Below, one piece after another: positions 57,143 through 64,000 of a stretch of 64,000 bases of DNA. Below the pieces are notes generated by a model. That model saw only the letters and a list, made by a program, of their open reading frames with translations. It searched no databases and was not told the origin of the DNA. Numbering within the stretch: position 1 is the stretch's first letter; every line of letters starts with the position of its first letter. Location of the stretch: contig CABQKL010000001.1 of NCBI GenBank assembly GCA_902464645.1, forward strand, positions 2,387-66,386. The letters are read 5' to 3'. The position numbers were made by a program, and so were the translations under genes. Source of the DNA: an uncultured Collinsella sp. (GTDB taxonomy: Bacteria > Actinomycetota > Coriobacteriia > Coriobacteriales > Coriobacteriaceae).

Positions 57143-57949
57143 ATGCTGCAGGTCATCATTTCGCCCGCCAAGCAGATGCGCGCGGCCCAAGATGCTTTTG
57201 AAGTCCTGGGCATTCCACCTTTTGTGCACGAGGCGGCTCGCCTCCACCGCGCGCTGCTAGATATCGAACGAAATGAAGGTAGCGGCGGCCTGCAGGCGCT
57301 ATGGAACGTGAGTGACAAACTGCTGGGGCCTTGTCTCAACACCCTGCATGAGTTCGGGCCCATCCTGAAAAACGGCGATCTCGACAATCCCGCACTCGCC
57401 CGTCACCTCTCCCCTGCCGTCATGTCCTACCACGGCATCCAATACCAAAGCATGGCGCCCGAGGTCATGGATGCCGCACAGCTCGACTGGCTGCAAAGCC
57501 ATCTCTGGATCCTCTCGGGACTCTATGGATGCGTGCGCCCCTTCCACGGCGTGTCGCCCTATCGGCTCGAAATGGGAGCGAAGCTCTCCGTCGACGATGT
57601 CCGAGACCTCTATGCGTTTTGGGGCGACAAACTTGCATGCGCCATTGCGCCGACCGGCTCCAACACCACGGTCGTCAACCTTGCCAGCGTGGAGTACGCC
57701 AAGGCCGTTCTACCCCATCTCGCAGGCGACGCCACAACCGTCACTTGTCTCTTTGGCGAAGGTGTCCGCAACGGCAAGCCCATCCAGCGATCGACCGCCA
57801 GCAAAAAGGCACGCGGCTCCATGGTGCGCTGGATGGCAGAAAACAAGCTCGAGGATGTAAGCGGGCTCACCGCGTTCGACGTTGGCTATCGTCACCTTCC
57901 CGAGCTTTCAAATAAAAACACTTTGGTCTTCCTGAACGAACAGACCTAG
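57143..57949 (+). CDS. yaaA: Peroxide stress protein YaaA (DUF328)
   Basis: IISPAK, ILSGLYG, YRLEMG, NLASVEY and KKARG motifs. Confidence 0.9.
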   Translation: MLQVIISPAKQMRAAQDAFEVLGIPPFVHEAARLHRALLDIERNEGSGGLQALWNVSDKLLGPCLNTLHEFGPILKNGDLDNPALARHLSPAVMSYHGIQYQSMAPEVMDAAQLDWLQSHLWILSGLYGCVRPFHGVSPYRLEMGAKLSVDDVRDLYAFWGDKLACAIAPTGSNTTVVNLASVEYAKAVLPHLAGDATTVTCLFGEGVRNGKPIQRSTASKKARGSMVRWMAENKLEDVSGLTAFDVGYRHLPELSNKNTLVFLNEQT

Positions 57950-57992
57950 TAGAACCACCGCTACTTTTGAATGTGCTGCCTAGGCACGGCGT

Positions 57993-58508
57993 CTATTCCG
58001 CCAAGCCGTCGGCTTTGGCAATTTCATTTGTCGAACCGTCCTGATAGGCAATCTTGACGTGCTCGACCTCGGACACCGCAACACCCGTCGGAGGCTCCAG
58101 ACGCCATTCCGTCAAGGCGATATCCATGGTCGTGGGCACATCCCCTTGATCTTTGAGCTTCACCGTCAGCGTTTTGAGCGTCGCGTCAAACGTCACGCGT
58201 TCGATTTCTTCACCTGGAATGGACCCACCACTCAGCTGCAACTGCACAAACTCATCGCGCGGGTACCAATAATCGCCCGGCGCGGCAACGGTATTGCCGC
58301 CCGTGACCTTCACTGTCATGATCGGCAGGCTATCGTCCGCCTCAAACGCCCAGGCAGCTCCCCCACGCCCGCCAAACGTCCAGATACAACAGGCGATCGC
58401 CATCACGACAAGGATCGCAAAACCAATTGCGACCAGCCCATGATGGGCACGGCCCTCCTCGGCCGACACATCCCACTGCGTCTCCCGATATAGATGCTTG
58501 TCTTCCAT
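57993..58508 (-). CDS. Hypothetical membrane-anchored protein
   Basis: SD GGGAGG; one N-terminal TM segment followed by a soluble domain. Confidence 0.65.
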   Translation of the reverse strand: MEDKHLYRETQWDVSAEEGRAHHGLVAIGFAILVVMAIACCIWTFGGRGGAAWAFEADDSLPIMTVKVTGGNTVAAPGDYWYPRDEFVQLQLSGGSIPGEEIERVTFDATLKTLTVKLKDQGDVPTTMDIALTEWRLEPPTGVAVSEVEHVKIAYQDGSTNEIAKADGLAE

Positions 58509-58571
58509 GTTCGCCTCCCCACGGGCATGCTCATCGCGTCAATCGTACCCATTCAGGCTATACTTGAGCCC

Positions 58572-58675
58572 ACCACATAAACGGGGAGCTTGCAGGACAA
58601 GACGGCAGGCTGAGACTGGGCGCGCCCGCCCTGACCCGCAAACCTGATATGGGTAATGCCAACGAAGGGAGCCGT
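58572..58675 (+). promoter_or_regulatory. TPP riboswitch
   Basis: GGGGAGC...GCTGAGA...ACCCG.AAACCTGAT..GGGTAATGCC.ACGAAGGGA directly upstream of thiC; the SD overlaps the aptamer 3' end. Confidence 0.93.
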
Positions 58676-58679
58676 GCCA

Positions 58680-60014
58680 ATGAGCACACAGACCGAGCCC
58701 AAGCTCGTCACGCAAATCGACTTCGCCCGCGCCGGGCAGATCACGCCGCAGATGAAGGAGGTTGCCGAGCGCGAGCATCGCGACCCCGAGTACATCCGCG
58801 AGCGCGTGGCAGACGGCCGCATCGCCATTCCCGCCAACATCGTGCATATCAAAAAGGGCATGCGCGCCTTTGGTGTCGGCGAGGGCCTGTCCACCAAGGT
58901 CAACGTCAACCTGGGCATCTCGGGCGACAAGGCCGATGCCGCCGAGGAGTGGAAGAAGGTCAAGATCGCCGAGGACTTTGGCGCCGACGCCATCATGGAC
59001 CTCTCCAACTCGGGCAAGACGCGCCAGTTCCGCCAGCAGCTCATCGACGAGACGCCGCTTATGGTGGGCACCGTCCCCATGTATGACGCCATCGGCTACA
59101 TGGAAAAGCCGCTGGTCAAGCTCACCAAGGACGATCTGCTCGAGGTCGTGCGCGCTCATGCCGAGGACGGCGTGGACTTTATGACCATCCACTGCGGCAT
59201 CAACAAGTCGGTCATCAAAACCTTTAAGGAGACCGGCCGCCTCATGAACATCGTCAGTCGCGGCGGCTCGCTGCTGTTTGGCTGGATGGAAGTCACCGGT
59301 AACGAGAACCCCTTCTACGAGTTCTACGACGAGGTGCTCGAGGTCTGTCACGAATACGACGTGACGATCTCGCTCGGCGACTCCTGCCGCCCGGGCTGCC
59401 TCTACGACTCCAACGACGCAACCGAGACCGCCGAGATGATCGAGCTGGGCAAGCTGTGCAAGCGCGCTTGGGCCGCCGGCGTCCAGGTTATGGTCGAAGG
59501 CCCGGGTCACATGGCGCTCGACGAGATCGCCGCCAACATGAAACTGCAGAAGCGCCTGTGCCACAACGCCCCGTTTTATGTGCTCGGGCCGCTGGTGACC
59601 GATATCGGCGTGGGCTACGACCACATCACCGCTGCCATCGGCGGCGCCATCTCCGCCAGCTCCGGTGCCGACTTCCTGTGCTACGTGACGCCGGCCGAGC
59701 ACCTGTGCCTGCCCAACGCCCAGGACGTGCTCGATGGCCTCATGGCCACCAAGATCGCCGCACACGCCGCCGACATCGCCAAGAAGGTGCCGCACGCCCG
59801 CGACATGGATGACAAGATGGGCCAGGCACGCCGTAAGCTCGACTGGGACGCCATGTGGAAGTGCGCGCTCGACCCGGTCACCGGCAAGAAGCGCTACGAG
59901 GAATCCCCCGCCGCCACCGAGGGCACTTGCACCATGTGTGGCAAGATGTGCGCCGTCCGCACCGTCAACAAGGTGTTCGAAGGCACGACGATCGACCTCG
60001 GTATTGAGGACTAA
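58680..60014 (+). CDS. thiC: Phosphomethylpyrimidine synthase
   Basis: TKVNVNLG, GTVPMY, SRGGS, EGPGH, YDHIT, YVTPAEHL and CTMCGKMC motifs. Confidence 0.97.
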   Translation: MSTQTEPKLVTQIDFARAGQITPQMKEVAEREHRDPEYIRERVADGRIAIPANIVHIKKGMRAFGVGEGLSTKVNVNLGISGDKADAAEEWKKVKIAEDFGADAIMDLSNSGKTRQFRQQLIDETPLMVGTVPMYDAIGYMEKPLVKLTKDDLLEVVRAHAEDGVDFMTIHCGINKSVIKTFKETGRLMNIVSRGGSLLFGWMEVTGNENPFYEFYDEVLEVCHEYDVTISLGDSCRPGCLYDSNDATETAEMIELGKLCKRAWAAGVQVMVEGPGHMALDEIAANMKLQKRLCHNAPFYVLGPLVTDIGVGYDHITAAIGGAISASSGADFLCYVTPAEHLCLPNAQDVLDGLMATKIAAHAADIAKKVPHARDMDDKMGQARRKLDWDAMWKCALDPVTGKKRYEESPAATEGTCTMCGKMCAVRTVNKVFEGTTIDLGIED

Positions 60015-60192
60015 CGCGTCACCGAAGCCACAATCGGTAACAAGGTGTTCGACAATTGTTGACGCGTGAACATTTGCTTACATTTGCGTAAAGATTGCAT
60101 CGCCCGCCCGGGTTCGGAATACAGCCGGCCCGGGCAACTTTATAATGCAGACTTAAAGACCCATTTGAATCCGACCGAACAAGGGAGCGAAC

Positions 60193-61023
60193 ATGGATCG
60201 CAGTAAGGTACCCGCCGTTCTATCCATCGCAGGATCCGATTCCAGCGGTGGCGCCGGCATTCAGGCCGACATCAAGACCATCACGGCGCACCGCCTGTAT
60301 GCCGAGACGGCCATCACAGCCATCACAGCGCAAAACACACTGGGCGTTACCGCCGTGCAGAACATCTCCCCGGATATTGTCGCAGCGCAGATCGATGCCG
60401 TTTTTGACGATATACGACCCAGCGCCGTCAAGATCGGCATGGTCTCCTCTGCCGAGATTATCGAGGTTATCGCCGACCGCTTGAGCGCGTGGGACGCACA
60501 AAATATCGTCGTCGACCCCGTCATGGTCACCACCTCGGGTGCTCGCCTCATTGCCGAGGATGCCGCTGAGGCACTCACCCGCCGCCTGTTCCCGCTGGCG
60601 ACCGTTATCACGCCCAACATTCCCGAGGCCATGGCGCTGCTCGATTATGAGGTCGATTCCGAGCGCACGCAGCAAAATGCCGCCATGCTTCTCACCCGTC
60701 GCTTTGGCTGCGCGTCTCTCGTTAAGGGCGGGCATTTTGTCAACGAGGCCAACGATGTGCTAGCAGAGCCCGCGCCGCTCGATGACGAGGGCAACCATCT
60801 GGGCGATCCGCTCACCTCGTGGTTCCGCCACAAGCGCATCGAGACCGGCAACACGCACGGTACTGGCTGTACGCTTTCGTCCGCCATCGCCTGCGCGCTG
60901 GCCCAGGGCATGGATCTTGCCGATGCCGTCAACGCCGGCAAGGCCTACCTAACGGGTGCTCTCGCCGCTGGCTTTGACATGGGCAAAGGCTCCGGGCCCG
61001 TCAACCACATGTGGCAGTACTAA
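60193..61023 (+). CDS. thiD: Hydroxymethylpyrimidine/phosphomethylpyrimidine kinase
   Basis: IAGSDSSGGAGIQADIKT, DPVM, TPNIPEA, KGGH and THGTGCTLSSA motifs. Confidence 0.96.
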   Translation: MDRSKVPAVLSIAGSDSSGGAGIQADIKTITAHRLYAETAITAITAQNTLGVTAVQNISPDIVAAQIDAVFDDIRPSAVKIGMVSSAEIIEVIADRLSAWDAQNIVVDPVMVTTSGARLIAEDAAEALTRRLFPLATVITPNIPEAMALLDYEVDSERTQQNAAMLLTRRFGCASLVKGGHFVNEANDVLAEPAPLDDEGNHLGDPLTSWFRHKRIETGNTHGTGCTLSSAIACALAQGMDLADAVNAGKAYLTGALAAGFDMGKGSGPVNHMWQY

Positions 61024-61034
61024 GCCCCATCCCA

Positions 61035-61071
61035 AACCGCCACAAAGGGGACAGGCACCTTTGTGGCGGTT
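61035..61071. repeat. Hairpin AACCGCCACAAAGG-GGACAGGCA-CCTTTGTGGCGGTT
   Basis: 14-bp arms; its AAAGGGGACAG core is related to the palindrome at 36691. Confidence 0.8.
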
Positions 61072-61080
61072 CCCGCAAAC

Positions 61081-61299
61081 ATCTCGATCTGTAACAGTTA
61101 GAGTCCATTTTTCGGCCCACCTGTTACAGATTGAGACATTCAAATTCCGCTGAGAAGAAAATCTCGATTTGTAACAGTAACTCGGCGAAATCGACCCTAG
61201 ATGTTACAGATCGAGACAAACGACCGATATCGACCTAAATAATCTCAATCTGTAACATCTAGCCCGTTTTCGGCCTTACAGCTGTTACAGATCAAGACA
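61081..61299. repeat. Array of six alternating inverted 16-17 bp repeats (family B), about 80-bp period
   Basis: ATCTC(G/A)AT(C/T)TGTAACA at 61081, 61161 and 61242; inverse TGTTACAGAT..AGACA at about 61122, 61202 and 61283; unique spacers. Confidence 0.92.
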
Positions 61300-61352
61300 A
61301 ACCAACGAAACAAGCCACCGCAAGGGGAACTTTTGTAGCGCTTTGGGCCGCG

Positions 61353-62012
61353 CTACTCTCCGAGCATCTCTTTGAGCTTGGCTGCCACGGCGTGGCCCAG
61401 GCTCTCGTGGCTTTCGGGCATCATGTGCAGATAATCGATATCGCCCGGCTCGGCAAAATCGGCGGCATTCAAAAAGTCGCAGCCAAACTGTTCGGCAACA
61501 TACGCATAGTATTCGGCAAAATGCTCCGAGGCCTCGACGGAGTGCTCGTCAAAGTCGGTCATATACACATCGGCGATCTGCGGCTTGATCTTGATAGGAG
61601 CCATCAGCAGAATGCGCGGACAAGGCGCAGCGTCGGTCCAGGGAAACGCGCGGACGGTGCGAATCAGCGCCATGGCACCGTCAGCGATATCGGCAGCCCC
61701 CACGCTAAAGACCGTCTTGCAGTCGTTGGTGCCCAGCATAATCACGATCGCGTCCAGCGGCTTATGGGACTCGAGCAGCATCGGCAACGCGCGGATGCCG
61801 TTGAGATTGGTGTCCAGATGGCACATGTCGTCGCGCACCGTCGTGCGGCCGTTTAGGCCTTCCTCAATCACGTGCCAGCCCTCGCCCAGGTCGCGCTGGG
61901 CCACGCCGCACCAGCGCACATCGTGCGCATAGCGCACCGCGGTGCCGTCGCGCATGCCCGCCGGATCATAGCCATAGGTATTGCTGTCGCCAAAGCACAG
62001 AACGTTTTTCAT
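61353..62012 (-). CDS. SGNH/GDSL hydrolase
   Basis: FGDSNTYG, EEGLNGRTT, MLGTND and DYLH motifs. Confidence 0.92.
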   Translation of the reverse strand: MKNVLCFGDSNTYGYDPAGMRDGTAVRYAHDVRWCGVAQRDLGEGWHVIEEGLNGRTTVRDDMCHLDTNLNGIRALPMLLESHKPLDAIVIMLGTNDCKTVFSVGAADIADGAMALIRTVRAFPWTDAAPCPRILLMAPIKIKPQIADVYMTDFDEHSVEASEHFAEYYAYVAEQFGCDFLNAADFAEPGDIDYLHMMPESHESLGHAVAAKLKEMLGE

Positions 62013-62090
62013 CGTAAGCCCTTCCTCTAGTAAAAAGCCGGCGGGAGCAGTCTCTCCTGCCGGATCGACCTATCTGTCAGCACATACCGA

Positions 62091-63209
62091 TTACAGGTAT
62101 TTGCGCCAGTCGTCGTCATCCTCATCGTCCTCAGCAGCGGCCTGAGCCTGCTCGGCGGCACGGGCGGCCGCGGCGCGGGCGGCCACCTGAGCATAGGACT
62201 CCTCGTTACACTCGGGGAAGCTTGCCAACACGTGCTCAAACTTGGCGAAGTCCTCATCCCAGCGCGTAGAGGGCACGGCAAAAAACACCTGCTTGACCTT
62301 GAAGTCGCCCGACGCAAGCTCCTTGCGGAAGAGCTCAGCCACGGCCTCGGCGTCAAAGCCGTTGTTGTCGCAGCCCCAAGCGCCCAGCACGAGCTTCTCG
62401 CGACCCAGCTCATCGCAGATGGCAAGCACAAAGCGGATGCGATCGCGCAGGGCATCCAGCAAGGCATCGTCACCCACGCGATACTCCTGGCGAGCGCGCT
62501 TGGCGTTGGGCGCGGCGGCAACGATCACGTCAGCATATGCATGTACGTGATTGCGGTCGAAGCGCACCGCAGGCACCACCAGCGCACGGTTGCGGTAAAG
62601 CTCGCAGTTGATGTTGCGGCGACGGTTCTCGCCGTACCATTTGCGCTGCTTATCGAGCACGTTGTACAGGTACGAATCGGCACAGAGCGTGGCCTCCTGG
62701 CCCAGATAGCCCTGGATGTAGCCACCGCCCGGGTTGGTGAACGAGGCAAAGGCGAGCACGGCCATGTCGCAGAACTGCGCGTAGCCTCGGCCGTTATCCA
62801 GAATGGCCTGCGTGGCAGAGGCGTCGAGCACGGTGACCTCGGGCAGGACCGGAGCAGGCTTTTCAGCGGCAGGCGCAGGCTCGGTCTCCGCGGCCTCCTC
62901 TGCGGGCGCAGGCTCGGCCACGGCCTCAGCCTCGGCAGACGCAACCTCGGCGGCCTCAGACTCCTCGGCGACCTGCTCCTCGGCAGCCGCAGCCGCTTGG
63001 GCCTTGGCCTTCATCGCCGCGACAAAGCCGGCAGGCATACCGTCGAACTCGCGCACGCCTGCAAGCGAGCGCTCGATATCCTTGGCGCACGCTTCGGACA
63101 CAGTCGCCACGTGACGCTCGGCGGCCTTGGCACGGGCCTCGCGCTTGGGATTGGGCTGCCCTGCGCGATTGGGTCTGCGGTTACGGTTTCTGTTGTCAAC
63201 GTCTGCCAT
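62091..63209 (-). CDS. TIGR02452/DUF2263 bacterial PARG-like macrodomain protein with Ala/Glu/Pro-rich N-terminus
   Basis: LAFASFTNPGGGYIQGYLGQEATLC, AAPN and LVLGAWGC motifs. Confidence 0.82.
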   Translation of the reverse strand: MADVDNRNRNRRPNRAGQPNPKREARAKAAERHVATVSEACAKDIERSLAGVREFDGMPAGFVAAMKAKAQAAAAAEEQVAEESEAAEVASAEAEAVAEPAPAEEAAETEPAPAAEKPAPVLPEVTVLDASATQAILDNGRGYAQFCDMAVLAFASFTNPGGGYIQGYLGQEATLCADSYLYNVLDKQRKWYGENRRRNINCELYRNRALVVPAVRFDRNHVHAYADVIVAAAPNAKRARQEYRVGDDALLDALRDRIRFVLAICDELGREKLVLGAWGCDNNGFDAEAVAELFRKELASGDFKVKQVFFAVPSTRWDEDFAKFEHVLASFPECNEESYAQVAARAAAARAAEQAQAAAEDDEDDDDWRKYL

Positions 63210-63345
63210 AAGTGGTCACCTTTCTCGGTCTCTGCCGCTATCGGCTTTTCCATCCATGATACCCCGCCACGCACAAAAAAGACGGCCCCGAAGGACCGCC
63301 TTCCGCATCGATTTACACGTGCGCAAGCACCGCTGCAATTTGGCA

Positions 63346-64000
63346 CTAGTCGCGACGACCAAGGATGTTCAGGATGCGCAGGAACACGTTGATGATGTCC
63401 ACGAACAGGTTGGATGCCATGAGCACGGCGTTGGGCAGCGTGGGCGGCACCGTCGTGGCCACATAGGTGTCGTAGCCAATAAAGCCGGCGAACACCACGA
63501 TCACGATCAGGTCGGTGATGGACTGCGAAACGCCCATGAACATCAGCACGATCTCGACCAGAATCGTGGCAAGCAGGATGCCAAAACCAATGCCATACAC
63601 ACGCTGGAAGAACTTGGGGAAGGTCACGCCCAGCGCACCAAAGACAAAGGTGATAGCAGCGGTGGCGATAAAGGCGGTGTTAATGGTAGGCAGGTCGTAG
63701 TTGGCAAGACCAAACGACGCCGTCAGGCCAAAGGTGCTCGCAAAGACCACGTAGCCCACGAGTGACAGGCCCACGGACTGTTTGCTGGCAGCGGCCGACA
63801 TCATGACCATGCCGACGATGGTCAAAATAAATGAGCCAAAGACCAGCGGCAAAGCGGCGCCGCTCATCATCATGCGCGCAAACGACATGGTGCTCGTAAA
63901 GTAAGCACCGGCGCCCATGGCGCAAAAGCCCAAAAAGATCAGGGCAGACATGACAAGGTTGTACGCGCGCGGCGACATCTCCTTGGCACGGCTTGCGCCG
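63346..64000 (-). CDS. Bax inhibitor-1/YccA family membrane protein (5' end probably outside the window)
   Basis: Multiple TM segments, FIGYDT and LFVDIINVFLRILNILG; the frame is open to the window edge. Confidence 0.85.
   Translation of the reverse strand, partial: GASRAKEMSPRAYNLVMSALIFLGFCAMGAGAYFTSTMSFARMMMSGAALPLVFGSFILTIVGMVMMSAAASKQSVGLSLVGYVVFASTFGLTASFGLANYDLPTINTAFIATAAITFVFGALGVTFPKFFQRVYGIGFGILLATILVEIVLMFMGVSQSITDLIVIVVFAGFIGYDTYVATTVPPTLPNAVLMASNLFVDIINVFLRILNILGRRD

Noticed and set aside
61081..61299. CRISPR array
   Set aside because: Repeats alternate in orientation and are short and degenerate; no cas genes or leader.

Overview
High-GC chromosomal window from an anaerobic gut actinobacterium, most consistent with Collinsella/Coriobacteriia (inferred from gene content and codon style). 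Bases 1-16.6 kb hold a complete minus-strand formate hydrogenlyase-2 type operon (hydN-fdhF[Sec]-hyfABCDEF-hycE/F/G/H/I-focA), followed by a Psr/Phs-like molybdopterin oxidoreductase that runs off the left edge. Bases 17-19.4 kb hold a RelB/DinJ + PIN toxin-antitoxin pair, an AbiEi/DUF559-like gene enclosed between two copies of a palindromic repeat, and tRNA-Pro/tRNA-Gly. Bases 19.5-33.5 kb hold a selenium/molybdenum cluster: two double-cubane-cluster reductases, their ATP-dependent activase, selenocysteine-containing selD, yedF, DUF3343, a NifS-like desulfurase, brnQ, modABC, mogA and moeA. The rest is mostly housekeeping (CLC-F-like channel, arfB, xpt, metY, rnpB, rpsA, cysteine desulfidase, rpiB, ndk, argGH, polA, M18 peptidase, yaaA, TPP riboswitch-thiC, thiD, a PARG-like protein). 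Top candidates for novelty: (1) a strongly SD-led leader ORF with an in-frame UGA and a SECIS-like hairpin at the head of the selenium operon, possibly a selenocysteine-sensing leader peptide; (2) a putative nuclease gene bracketed by REP-like palindromes whose solo copies, with compensatory mutations, lie elsewhere in the window (a REPtron-like arrangement without a RAYT); (3) further structured repeat families, including an 80-bp-period array of alternating inverted repeats. All family assignments come from motif recognition, not database searches.
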